A stretch of DNA of 64,000 nt from Bacteroidales bacterium (GTDB lineage Bacteria; Bacteroidota; Bacteroidia; Bacteroidales; UBA932): positions 8,374 through 72,373 of the forward strand of contig JAHDPK010000025.1 in NCBI GenBank assembly GCA_018434395.1. The letters run 5' to 3'. The notes under the pieces are model-generated. The model worked only from the letters and a program-made list of their open reading frames with translations. It made no database searches and had not been told where the DNA came from. Made by a program: the position numbers and the translations under genes. Of this stretch, positions 24,646 to 33,906 are shown one piece after another (the first letter of the stretch is position 1; each line of letters begins with the position of its first letter).

Positions 24646-24681
24646 GAACAGGAGGAAGACTCAAAGGTTTTCCTCCTGTTC
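24646..24681 (+). terminator. hairpin terminator after the dsbD-like gene
   Basis: gaacaggagga / tcctcctgttc 11-bp perfect stem, starting 28 nt after the stop codon. Confidence 0.6.
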
Positions 24682-24751
24682 AATTATTAGTAGTAATCAT
24701 TAGTCTTTTTACCTAATTTATGCTAAATTTAGGAGTTTAATAACCCATAAA

Positions 24752-26284
24752 ATGAAATTAGCGATGTTTAGGCAGTATCCTTTTTTCATACTGATGATTG
24801 TTTCCCTTTCTTGCCGTGGACAAGACAGCAAAAGGGAGTCGGATAACGTCCGGAAACCGGCTGTAGCCGGTTCGTTCTATCCATCTGACCCTTTACAACT
24901 AAAGTCTCAGATCGAATCCTATTTTCAAGCCTTGGCAAATAAGCCAGTCCGTTCAGATGTGGCTGCAGTTATTGTACCTCACGCTGGTTATGTGTTTTCA
25001 GGCGAAGTGGCAGCATCTGCCTTCGCACAGATAGATCCTGAAAGAGAATATGAACGGATTTTTATAATTGGAACCAGCCATTTAATGTATATGAATGGTG
25101 CGTCGATCTATAAAGCCGGAAACTTTAGTACTCCCTTCGGCATTGTAGAAGTTGATACTGAACTGGCCGGCAAACTTATAAAAGAAAACTCTGTTTTTGA
25201 AGAAATCCCTGAAGCTCATGGTCAGGAACACAGCCTCGAAGTGCAACTTCCTTTTTTGCAATTCCGTTTAAAAAAACCATTTAAAATTGTACCTATTGTT
25301 ATTGGAACTCAGTCTATAGCTTCCTGCCATAAGATAGCCGATGCCTTGAAGCCATGGTTTAATGAAAAAAATCTGTTTGTTATAAGTAGTGATTTCTCAC
25401 ATTACCCCACTTATGCCGGAGCAAATGAATCCGACAAAACAATGAAAGATGCCATCATGACAAATTCACCGGAAACATTCATTCAAGCAATAAATAAAAA
25501 TGAAATGAAAAATATTCCCGGTCTTGTGACTAGTTGCTGTGGATGGAGCTCAATTTTAACATTACTCTATTTAACCTCCGAATCCAAAGATATTTCAGTT
25601 CAACATGTTTTATATAAAAATTCCGGAGATGTGAGAGGAGGAGATAAAACTCGTGTTGTAGGTTATCATTCTTTTATCTTCACACGTCAGGCGAATGATG
25701 TTGCTCCTTCTGATTTTTCACTTACTTATAAGGATAAAACAGAATTACTTAAAATCGCACGGAACACCATTGAAAATCAGTTAAGAAACAAAAGGGTCAT
25801 GCCTGTTGACGAGACTGCTCTTTCTGATGCTCTTAAAGCAAAATGTGGAGCATTTGTCACCCTTCACAAAAAAGGACAGCTCAGAGGATGTATAGGTCGA
25901 TTCAGTGCTGACGAGCCTCTTTATAAAGTTGTACAGGAAATGGCTTTGGCTGCTGCATTCCAAGACACTAGATTTTACCCTGTCGAGCTTAATGAAATGA
26001 AAGACATCGAAATTGAAATATCAGTTTTGACCCCTTTAAAACGTATTAAGAGCATTGACGAATTTGAAATGGGCAAACATGGTATATATATGATAAAAGG
26101 ATATCGGAGTGGCACTTTCCTTCCACAGGTTGCCAAAGAGACAAACTGGAGCAAGGAAGAATTTCTCGGCCACTGCGCAAGGGACAAAGCCGGAATTGGC
26201 TGGGATGGATGGAAAGATGCCGAATTATATACTTATGAAGCGCTGGTATTCAGTGAAGGTGAATTACTGAATTCTACAAAATGA
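24752..26284 (+). CDS. AmmeMemoRadiSam system fusion protein: MEMO1-like (protein B) + AMMECR1-like (protein A), with signal peptide
   Basis: N-terminal signal (…IVSLSCRGQ, possible lipoprotein Cys). MEMO motifs (PAVAGSFYP, VPHAGYVFSG, HSLEVQLPFL). C-terminal AMMECR1 motifs (GAFVTLHKKGQLRGCIG, GTFLPQV). Confidence 0.85.
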   Translation: MKLAMFRQYPFFILMIVSLSCRGQDSKRESDNVRKPAVAGSFYPSDPLQLKSQIESYFQALANKPVRSDVAAVIVPHAGYVFSGEVAASAFAQIDPEREYERIFIIGTSHLMYMNGASIYKAGNFSTPFGIVEVDTELAGKLIKENSVFEEIPEAHGQEHSLEVQLPFLQFRLKKPFKIVPIVIGTQSIASCHKIADALKPWFNEKNLFVISSDFSHYPTYAGANESDKTMKDAIMTNSPETFIQAINKNEMKNIPGLVTSCCGWSSILTLLYLTSESKDISVQHVLYKNSGDVRGGDKTRVVGYHSFIFTRQANDVAPSDFSLTYKDKTELLKIARNTIENQLRNKRVMPVDETALSDALKAKCGAFVTLHKKGQLRGCIGRFSADEPLYKVVQEMALAAAFQDTRFYPVELNEMKDIEIEISVLTPLKRIKSIDEFEMGKHGIYMIKGYRSGTFLPQVAKETNWSKEEFLGHCARDKAGIGWDGWKDAELYTYEALVFSEGELLNSTK

Positions 26285-28446
26285 AATCTGTTTCTCGAAT
26301 AAAAATCAATGGTTTTGAAGAAACAGTTATTCCGCCGAAATGGATTAACATAAAATATCTTTTGATAGTTCTCGGCGGAGTTGCTATTATAAATCAACTG
26401 GTTTTTATCCGTGAATTTTTAAGTGTGCTTGATGGCAATGAGCTTGTCATGGGATTAGTTATGTCCTGTTGGATGATACTAACCGGTTTTGGAGCATATT
26501 TAGGAAAAAATTTTAAAATTTCAGGATTCACATTAGAGAAGGGACTTAACCGATTAGCCCTTCTCTCTTTCATGCCTTTCTTCCTGATAGCTGCCTTATA
26601 CTGGTTAAAAAGAATACTGTTCCCTCCCGGGACTATAGCTGAGCTTAGTATATCAATTTCAGGTATTTTTCTTCTTATATTTCCGGTTTGTTTCCTTTCC
26701 GGATATCTTTTTACACAATTCTCAACCTGCTATTCTCTCTCCAACAATGACAACAGAATATCTAATGCATACAGATATGAATCATTAGGAAGTCTTATTG
26801 GCGGTTTGATTTTTTCATTTTTCTTCGGGTATTTTTTTAACTCTTTTGAAGTCTTTGGACTTACTACAGGAATAGTTTTAATACTGAGGGCATGGGTTTG
26901 TAATAAATCTATTAAAAAATATTTATTTACAGGTGTTGGGATTATTCTGCCATTATTAGTTTTTGCGTTTAATCCTGATATTCACATAAAAAAATTGTTT
27001 TATCCCGGTCAGGAGATCATCCGCGACAAAAGTACACGTTATGGTACTTTGACTGTAACACAGCAACATGGACAGCTTAACTTCTATGAAAACAATTCCC
27101 TGCAATTTTATACTGATAATATTATTCAAAGCGAAGAGGCTGTCCATTATGCAATGGTTCAGCACAAGCAGCCAAAACAGATACTATTGATTTCCGGAGG
27201 GATCTCAGGCATGATTCAAGAGATTGAAAAATACAAAGTAGAGAAGATCACATATCTTGAACATAACCCTGAAATTTTCAATGAATGGAAAAATCTTATA
27301 CATATGACTGATTTTAAAAACGTCGAATTTTTAAAATCAGATATAAGAACCTTCCTTCTCAGATCAAAATCCATATACGATGTAATTCTGCTCAATTTGC
27401 CACCCCCTAATACTTTAGGATATAATCGCTTTTATACCGAAGAATTTTTCAGCATCTTAAAGAAGCATTGCAATCATCAGAGCATTGTTTGTACAAGCCT
27501 CCCCTCAACCGGCAACTATGCCGAAGCCAATGCGCTGGCAGTGAATGCATCTCTTTTTAAAACTCTAAATTCTCATTTTTTACACCAATTAATATTGCCT
27601 GGTGAAAAAAATTACTTTTTGGTTTCTGACGATTCTCTTTCTTGGAATATCACAGAACTGATATCTAAAAAAGGAATTATAACAAACTACGTAAATTCAG
27701 ATTACATCGATGACAAACTTATGAAAGAAAGAGGAGAATCGCTTATTTCACAATTTGACCAAAAAGTAAAAATAAATCACGATTTTCAGCCTTATATGTT
27801 TTTACGACAAATAAATCACTGGTTTAATTACGTAGGAGGAAATTATTTTTTAATAATTGCCATTCCTGCCCTTATGTTTTTACTGTGCCTCTTCTGGCTC
27901 AATCCGGTTACTACTGGATTATATATTGGAGGTTTTACCTCAGCCTCTCTCGAAGTAGCATTGATGCTTATATATCAAATATATTTTGGAAGTCTGTATA
28001 TTGCTTCGGCTTTGTTTTTTTCATTGTTCATGGGAGGTTTGGTTGTAGGAAGCAGATGGAAATTTGGAAACAAGAATGAATTTTCCATGAGACAGTACTC
28101 ACTGTTACAATTTGCACTGGCTTTATTTTCAATATTATTACCTGGTTTTGTTTTGTTGGCAGGTAAAATAACATTTCTTACCCTTCTTCAGCAGTTTATG
28201 TTCTTTATTCCCGTCTTCATCCTTGCCTTCGGAATTGGTTATGAATTTCATCTCGCATCAAGACTTCAGCCCTATGGATACAGCCAGATTTCAGGAATAA
28301 ATTACAGTTCAGATCTTTTGGGTTCAGCTTTTGGTGCTTTTATCACAGCTGTTTTGCTGCTTCCGGTTTGCGGTTTGGCAATTACCTGTCTGGTAGTTGC
28401 CGGATTGAATCTTTACAGTGGATTGCGAGTTGTTTTAACAAAATAA
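26281..28446 (+). CDS. polytopic membrane protein with central spermidine-synthase-like (aminopropyl/methyl-transferase fold) domain
   Basis: 721 aa. About 7 N-terminal and about 5 C-terminal hydrophobic helices flank ILLISGGISGMIQEI...YLEHNPE...YDVILLNLPPP. 4-nt overlap with the upstream gene. Confidence 0.7.
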   Translation: MKSVSRIKINGFEETVIPPKWINIKYLLIVLGGVAIINQLVFIREFLSVLDGNELVMGLVMSCWMILTGFGAYLGKNFKISGFTLEKGLNRLALLSFMPFFLIAALYWLKRILFPPGTIAELSISISGIFLLIFPVCFLSGYLFTQFSTCYSLSNNDNRISNAYRYESLGSLIGGLIFSFFFGYFFNSFEVFGLTTGIVLILRAWVCNKSIKKYLFTGVGIILPLLVFAFNPDIHIKKLFYPGQEIIRDKSTRYGTLTVTQQHGQLNFYENNSLQFYTDNIIQSEEAVHYAMVQHKQPKQILLISGGISGMIQEIEKYKVEKITYLEHNPEIFNEWKNLIHMTDFKNVEFLKSDIRTFLLRSKSIYDVILLNLPPPNTLGYNRFYTEEFFSILKKHCNHQSIVCTSLPSTGNYAEANALAVNASLFKTLNSHFLHQLILPGEKNYFLVSDDSLSWNITELISKKGIITNYVNSDYIDDKLMKERGESLISQFDQKVKINHDFQPYMFLRQINHWFNYVGGNYFLIIAIPALMFLLCLFWLNPVTTGLYIGGFTSASLEVALMLIYQIYFGSLYIASALFFSLFMGGLVVGSRWKFGNKNEFSMRQYSLLQFALALFSILLPGFVLLAGKITFLTLLQQFMFFIPVFILAFGIGYEFHLASRLQPYGYSQISGINYSSDLLGSAFGAFITAVLLLPVCGLAITCLVVAGLNLYSGLRVVLTK

Positions 28447-28453
28447 ATTGAAT

Positions 28454-29578
28454 ATGGATAAACGACAATTTATTAAAACATTATTCTGTGGAGCAGGAAT
28501 TGCTTGTTTATATAAACCACTATCTGCCATTTCCGAAAGTGGTATAGTAGTCCCTCCTGAAGTTGGAAAAAAGTGGACAAGAGAAGCCCAATTTTATACA
28601 GTCACTCCAAAAGGCATACGTTGCCTGTTATGCCCCAACGAATGTAATATCAAAGAAGGAGAATTGGGAAATTGCCGTGCACGGCTTAGCAAAAATGGAA
28701 AATTATATTCTATTTCTTATGGTAATCCCTGTGCCGTCCATATTGACCCCATTGAAAAGAAACCTCTTTTTCATTTTTACCCGGGCACAAATGCATTTTC
28801 AATAGCTACTGCAGGTTGTAATTTAGCTTGCTTGTACTGTCAAAATTGGTCTATTTCACAAAAAAGTCCCCGTGACACACAAAATACCGATTTACTACCT
28901 GACAGATTGATTAGTTACTGCAAACAAAATGGCTGTAAATCGATAGCATATACCTATTCTGAACCAGTTACTTTTTATGAATATGTATATGATTCGGCAA
29001 CACTTGCCAGGCAAGAAGAAATCAAAAATGTATTTATCAGCTCAGGTTTTATCAATAGTGCTCCCCTTGCAAAACTCTGTAAAGTCATCGATTCTGCCAA
29101 CATCGATCTTAAATCATTCAGCGATGATATATATATGAGACTTTGTGCCGGCAAACTTCAACCTATTCTCAACTCACTTACTATGTTAAAAAAAGAGGGA
29201 GTTTGGCTTGAAATAACTAATCTGGTTGTTCCATCCTGGACTGACAACATGGACATGATTAAACGAATGTGTATCTGGTTGCTTCAAAACGGATTTGAAA
29301 CTACACCTCTTCATTTTAGTCGCTTTATACCTACATACAAGCTGTCACAACTGCCTCCAACTCCGGTAAATACTCTGAAAAGTGCCAGAGAAATAGCTTT
29401 AAAAGAGGGTTTAAAATATGTATATATAGGCAATGTACCTGGTCTTGAGATGGAAAACACCCTATGTCCACGATGTCATGCAATAATTATTGAGCGGCAG
29501 GGATTCCGCGTCGTGCAAAATTATGTTGTAGGAGGGAAATGTGTATTTTGCGGAGAAAAAATTGACGGAGTCTGGTAA
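28454..29578 (+). CDS. AmmeMemoRadiSam system radical SAM enzyme with Tat-like N-terminal signal
   Basis: CNLACLYCQNW (CX3CX2C, nt 28817-28840), an upstream Cys-rich motif CLLCPNECNIKEGELGNC and a C-terminal CPRC...CVFC. N-terminus is MDKRQFIKTLFCGAGIACLY. Confidence 0.85.
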   Translation: MDKRQFIKTLFCGAGIACLYKPLSAISESGIVVPPEVGKKWTREAQFYTVTPKGIRCLLCPNECNIKEGELGNCRARLSKNGKLYSISYGNPCAVHIDPIEKKPLFHFYPGTNAFSIATAGCNLACLYCQNWSISQKSPRDTQNTDLLPDRLISYCKQNGCKSIAYTYSEPVTFYEYVYDSATLARQEEIKNVFISSGFINSAPLAKLCKVIDSANIDLKSFSDDIYMRLCAGKLQPILNSLTMLKKEGVWLEITNLVVPSWTDNMDMIKRMCIWLLQNGFETTPLHFSRFIPTYKLSQLPPTPVNTLKSAREIALKEGLKYVYIGNVPGLEMENTLCPRCHAIIIERQGFRVVQNYVVGGKCVFCGEKIDGVW

Positions 29579-29599
29579 ACTATACACCAAACTCCGTCA
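29563..29599. terminator. possible bidirectional hairpin between the radical SAM gene and tRNA-Arg
   Basis: tgacggagt / actccgtca 9-bp stem with a 19-nt loop, overlapping the stop codon. No T-tract. Confidence 0.3.
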
Positions 29600-29606
29600 G
29601 ATTAAG

Positions 29607-29680
29607 TGACCCCGACAGGATTCAAACCTGTAACCTTCTGATCCGTAGTCAGATACTCTATTCAGTTGAGCTACGGGGCC
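29607..29680 (-). tRNA. tRNA-Arg (anticodon ACG)
   Basis: Reverse complement GGCCCCGTAGCTCAACTGAATAGAGTATCTGACTACGGATCAGAAGGTTACAGGTTTGAATCCTGTCGGGGTCA. Cloverleaf with anticodon stem TCTGA/TCAGA and loop CTACGGA. Confidence 0.9.
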
Positions 29681-29689
29681 TAAAAAATT

Positions 29690-30064
29690 TCAGGATTCAA
29701 GGTCCTTAGTAATATTGCGTTTTTTCTCTCTGATACGCGCTTTTTTACCTGTAAGCTCACGCAGGTAGAAAATCCTTGCTCTACGTACCTTGCCATATTT
29801 ATTGACCTCGATAGAATCAATAAATGGAGAATTAAGAGGGAATATTCTCTCAACACCGACTCCGTTTGAAATCTTCCTGACTGTAAAAGTCTGTGTTGAA
29901 CCTGTACCCTTTCTCTGTATCACTACTCCGCGATATTTCTGGAGACGTTCTTTACTCTCCTCTTTAATTTTATAGGTAACTGTTATTGTGTCACCTGCCT
30001 TGAAAGAGGGAAATTCTTTTGCTTCTTTAGCAAATGCCTGCTCAGCAACTTTAATTAAATCCAT
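29690..30064 (-). CDS. rplS: 50S ribosomal protein L19
   Basis: 124 aa. FKAGDTITVTYKIKEESKERLQKYRGVVI ... VRKIS.GVGVERIFPL.SP is the canonical L19 pattern. Confidence 0.95.
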   Translation of the reverse strand: MDLIKVAEQAFAKEAKEFPSFKAGDTITVTYKIKEESKERLQKYRGVVIQRKGTGSTQTFTVRKISNGVGVERIFPLNSPFIDSIEVNKYGKVRRARIFYLRELTGKKARIREKKRNITKDLES

Positions 30065-30169
30065 TTCTTCAATGTGTTGTTACGCAACATTACAGACTAA
30101 TTTGTTCTTGTAAGCGGTTGCTATAAAATTTGGAGTGCAAATGTATGAATTATTTCGAACTTCGCAAAA

Positions 30170-31228
30170 TTATATATGCTTTACAGCCTTATATAGTGCA
30201 CCACCAACAGAATCACTGACAGCTCCTGTAACAGAAGAAAGACAATTTGGGATGTCATAAACATAAAGTGCTCCTAAAAATGCAAAAATCAGAGCTTCCT
30301 TAAAATTAACAGTCAACGGATCAGGAACAACATATTCACAATGAGGCGCAAGAGCTCTCATACGTTCAACCAAATACTTGTTAAATGCGCCTCCTCCCGT
30401 TAAAAGCACTTTTCCACCTTTAATATGCCTTCCAGTCTGAAAGGCTACATGTTCACAAAAAGTTGCCAAAGCATCCTCTGTAGAAATTTTAAAACTGTCA
30501 ATCAAAGGAAAAATCACATCTTCTACCCACTCTCTTCCCAAAGATTTTGGCCCTTTATGCTCATAAAATTCCAACGAATTCAACTTATCTAAAAGCTGTC
30601 GGATTACTTTGCCGGAACGTGCCATATTCCCATCCTTATCATATTCAAGTCCTATCTTTCTTGTATAATAATTAAGCACATAGTTTACAGGAGATATATC
30701 ATATGCTATTCTTGAATTTCCATCATCAAATGATATATTTGAAAAACCACCCAGATTAAGACAATATGAATATTCAGGAAAAAGAGCTCTGTCACCAACC
30801 GGGACAAGTGGCGCTCCCTGTCCATACAAAGCAACATCTGTTGTCCTGAAATCACAAATAGTATCAATCCCTGATTCAGCAGCTATTGCAGCACCGGATC
30901 CTATCTGAGCGGTAAATCTTCTTGATGGTTGATGAAATATGGTATGTCCATGAGAAGCAATGTAATCGGGCTTTACATTATGACGATCAACAAATGACTT
31001 GACTGCTTTTCCTATAAATATCCCATAATCAGAATTAAAAAGAGCATATTCAAATGCAGACATATTTTGTGCATTGGCAAGTTTTTCCTTAATATCTGCA
31101 GGATATTCCTCTGATTCAGCGTTAAGTATATTATAAGACCATCTGTCATTATTACGGTCAAAACAAACATGACAAATATCCAAACCGTCAAGTGACGTTC
31201 CAGACATCAGACCTATTATCTCTATCAT
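30170..31228 (-). CDS. anmK: anhydro-N-acetylmuramic acid kinase
   Basis: GLMSGTSLDGLD N-terminus, LNLGG.SN and TGGGA.N motifs. Confidence 0.9.
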   Translation of the reverse strand: MIEIIGLMSGTSLDGLDICHVCFDRNNDRWSYNILNAESEEYPADIKEKLANAQNMSAFEYALFNSDYGIFIGKAVKSFVDRHNVKPDYIASHGHTIFHQPSRRFTAQIGSGAAIAAESGIDTICDFRTTDVALYGQGAPLVPVGDRALFPEYSYCLNLGGFSNISFDDGNSRIAYDISPVNYVLNYYTRKIGLEYDKDGNMARSGKVIRQLLDKLNSLEFYEHKGPKSLGREWVEDVIFPLIDSFKISTEDALATFCEHVAFQTGRHIKGGKVLLTGGGAFNKYLVERMRALAPHCEYVVPDPLTVNFKEALIFAFLGALYVYDIPNCLSSVTGAVSDSVGGALYKAVKHI

Positions 31229-31238
31229 AAAAATCTAT

Positions 31239-32414
31239 TTATGAGAACATTTTCTTCAACCGTTCAAAGAGATTCCTGTCTTCCCTAGTAGGAGAAGGTT
31301 TGAAATTGTCAGAATACCGCATTTTCTCAAGAACTTCTCTTTCTTGTCTATCAATCTTTTTAGGGATCCAAACCTGAATAAATACAAGTAGATCGCCATA
31401 ACCATAACCATTAACATCCGGCAAACCCTTAGACCTTAATCGAAGTATCTTGCCTGATTGAGTACCCGGCTCTACCTTTATTCTTAATTTCCCATCGACT
31501 GATGGCACCTCCACATCACAACCAAGAATAGCATCAGGAACAGAAATAAAAAGTGTATATATCAAATCGTTTCCGTCCCTCTGCAGTTCAGGATGATCCT
31601 CCTCCTCAATAACAACGAGCAGATCGCCGTTCACACCACCATGTTTGGCAGCATTTCCCTTCCCCTGAACTGTAAGCTGCATTCCTTGAGCTACACCGGC
31701 AGGAATTTTAAAAGAAATCTCCTCCATATCCTTCACAAGACCATCTCCTCCACATCTTGAACATGGTCTTACAATCTTTTTACCTTCACCATGACATGAA
31801 GGACAAACAGAAGATGTCTGCATGGTGCCGAGAAATGTCTGAGTAACTCTTGAAACCTGTCCCGTACCCCTGCATGTTTCGCAAGTATGTATATCGGCTT
31901 CAGAAACAGCACCTTTACCCTTGCATAATGGACATTCTACTTGCTTGTTTATTTTGACTGTTTTTTCAGTACCATGAGCAATTTCTTTAAGATCCAGTTT
32001 TACCCTGATCCTTATGTCGGAGCCTCTATTGGATCGCTTGGAACTACTACTTCTGCCAGAACTTCCGAAACTGCTAAAGCCCCCGAAACCACTACTACCG
32101 AAATGTCCACCGAATATGTCCCCAAACTGGCTAAAAATGTCATCCATTGAAAAGCCACCACCACTAAAACCACTGCTTCCTGCAGCCCCATTAATACCTG
32201 CATGACCAAATTGATCATAACGCGACCTTTTATCAGGATCGCTCAGGACATCATAGGCCTCAGCTGCTTCTTTAAATTTTTCCTCAGCATCTTTATCACC
32301 CGGGTTTCTGTCTGGATGATATTTAAGAGCAAGTTTTCTGTATGCCTTCTTAATCTCATCTGCAGATGCCCCTTTGGAAACACCCAAAACCTCGTAATAA
32401 TCTCTCTTTGCCAT
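31239..32414 (-). CDS. dnaJ: molecular chaperone DnaJ
   Basis: J domain ([11 protein letters not shown]), G/F-rich region and four CxxCxGxG zinc-finger repeats. Confidence 0.97.
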   Translation of the reverse strand: MAKRDYYEVLGVSKGASADEIKKAYRKLALKYHPDRNPGDKDAEEKFKEAAEAYDVLSDPDKRSRYDQFGHAGINGAAGSSGFSGGGFSMDDIFSQFGDIFGGHFGSSGFGGFSSFGSSGRSSSSKRSNRGSDIRIRVKLDLKEIAHGTEKTVKINKQVECPLCKGKGAVSEADIHTCETCRGTGQVSRVTQTFLGTMQTSSVCPSCHGEGKKIVRPCSRCGGDGLVKDMEEISFKIPAGVAQGMQLTVQGKGNAAKHGGVNGDLLVVIEEEDHPELQRDGNDLIYTLFISVPDAILGCDVEVPSVDGKLRIKVEPGTQSGKILRLRSKGLPDVNGYGYGDLLVFIQVWIPKKIDRQEREVLEKMRYSDNFKPSPTREDRNLFERLKKMFS

Positions 32415-32424
32415 CTTAATTCAG

Positions 32425-32997
32425 TTAAACACCAATTACCACTTTGGCATATCTGATAACTTTGCCATTCAAAGTATAGCCCTGTTGGGCAACATCAATA
32501 ATCTTATTTTTATGTTTTTTATCAGGAGCCGGCATTTGTGCTACTGCCTCATGAAAGTCGGTGTCCAGTTCTTTTCCCATCACTTCCATCCGTTTAAGCC
32601 CTTTGGATTCCAAATATGAGTAAAGTTTATTATAGATAAGCTCAGTGCCTTCAATGGCAGCCTTATGGTCACCCTCAATGTTTTTAAGCAAATCGATTGC
32701 ATGCTCACAGTCATCAAGAATAGGAAGAATGCCTTTAATGATATCCTCTGAAGCGGTTTGAATTAGTTCCAGCTTCTCTCTTGCTGTTCTGCGTCTGTAA
32801 TTGTCAAATTCAGCAGCAAGTCTCAAATATCTGTCATTTAATTCTGCAATTTTTTCTTCCTTTTCATCCTTGACGTCTGCTGGTTCAGGTAGAACTGAAA
32901 CATTATCTGCAACTTTATCTGCAGCCTCGTTCACAGGAACCTGCTGAGAAACAGTATCTGGATTTTCTTGACTATTTTCCTTTTTTTTATCTTTCAT
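32425..32997 (-). CDS. grpE: nucleotide exchange factor GrpE
   Basis: YLRLAAEFDNYRRRT motif and C-terminal beta domain (GYTLNGKVIRYAKVVIG). The ATG at complement 32995-32997 (MKDKKK) is preferred. Confidence 0.9.
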   Translation of the reverse strand: MKDKKKENSQENPDTVSQQVPVNEAADKVADNVSVLPEPADVKDEKEEKIAELNDRYLRLAAEFDNYRRRTAREKLELIQTASEDIIKGILPILDDCEHAIDLLKNIEGDHKAAIEGTELIYNKLYSYLESKGLKRMEVMGKELDTDFHEAVAQMPAPDKKHKNKIIDVAQQGYTLNGKVIRYAKVVIGV

Positions 32998-33098
32998 TAC
33001 CATAATAACTTTACTTTCCAACGCGAAGATAGTCACAAAATTTTTGCCAAAGGAATGTTATAAGACAAAATGACATTTTTAGACAACTTCCACTAACA

Positions 33099-33779
33099 CT
33101 ACCAGCCGAGTTTGCTAATTTTGTATAGCATCTCTTTGTTTAGTATCTGAACATTTTTCCCCGAAATTTTAATAATCTCCTCTTTCGCAAAATCACTTAA
33201 AACTCTACTGATACTTTCTCTTGACGAATCTACCAAATTTCCAAAATCCTCCTGATTAATTTGTATGGTAAAGCTATCTGAATGATACAGGCTGTCTGCA
33301 AAATCTATCAAAATATCGGCCACTTTGCCTCTAACCTGTTTTTGTGTTCGGCTTGCACATCTTTGGTAAGAATCTATCTCACCCTTACACAACTCCACTA
33401 TTATCTGGCTGCTAAAATCATGATTTTCTGCTAACATTTTTCTAAAAAAAGATATATCAATAAAGCATACTTCTGAATTTTCGACAGCTGTCACCGAATA
33501 CTGGTTGATCTTATCTCCAAAAGTGGTCGGTAAACCAAGATAATTGGAAGATTTAACAATTTTTACTGTATGTTCGTGATATGGACCATTAATATGTATT
33601 TTTACTAATCCACTTTTGAGGTAAGCAACATTTGTGGAATATGTACCTTGCCTGATGATCGTGTCTCCCCTTTTGAAGCTAACATTAAGCGAGTTATGTG
33701 ACAACTCGTTTAATTCATCTTCTGAAAGCTTACTCTCAGCCATAGATCTATAATTACAAAACTGACATTTATTTTCCAT
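33099..33779 (-). CDS. Crp/Fnr family transcriptional regulator
   Basis: cNMP-binding-like beta-roll followed by a C-terminal HTH (SRESISRVLSDFAKEEII). The ATG at complement 33777-33779 (MENKCQFC) is preferred over the track start. Confidence 0.85.
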   Translation of the reverse strand: MENKCQFCNYRSMAESKLSEDELNELSHNSLNVSFKRGDTIIRQGTYSTNVAYLKSGLVKIHINGPYHEHTVKIVKSSNYLGLPTTFGDKINQYSVTAVENSEVCFIDISFFRKMLAENHDFSSQIIVELCKGEIDSYQRCASRTQKQVRGKVADILIDFADSLYHSDSFTIQINQEDFGNLVDSSRESISRVLSDFAKEEIIKISGKNVQILNKEMLYKISKLGW

Positions 33780-33812
33780 AAGAAAATTATTTACGTTGCA
33801 AATATAAGAAAT

Positions 33813-33827
33813 TGTGATATACATCAC
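33813..33827. promoter_or_regulatory. CRP/FNR-type palindromic box in the divergent promoter region
   Basis: TGTGATATACATCAC = GTGAT-N4-ATCAC. It matches TGTGA-N6-TCACA at 9 of 10 positions and TTGAT-N4-ATCAA at 8 of 10. Located 34 nt upstream of the regulator ATG and 80 nt upstream of the dsrE-like ATG. Confidence 0.4.
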
Positions 33828-33906
33828 TATTTTATAGGATAAGAATCATGTCCTTTAGAAAAAATATCTTGCGTAAAATATTTTATTTTGCAAAAAAATA
33901 GAGATT

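Noticed and set aside
30065-30169. Small imperfect hairpin (aatgtgttg…caacatt) upstream of rplS as a possible L19 leader
   Set aside because: The stem is short and bulged. L19 leader motifs are described for Firmicutes, not for this kind of genome.
32012-32218. Repetitive G/S/F-rich stretch with several overlapping ORFs on both strands
   Set aside because: It is the Gly/Phe-rich linker of DnaJ read in other frames. It is not a repeat element or a separate gene.
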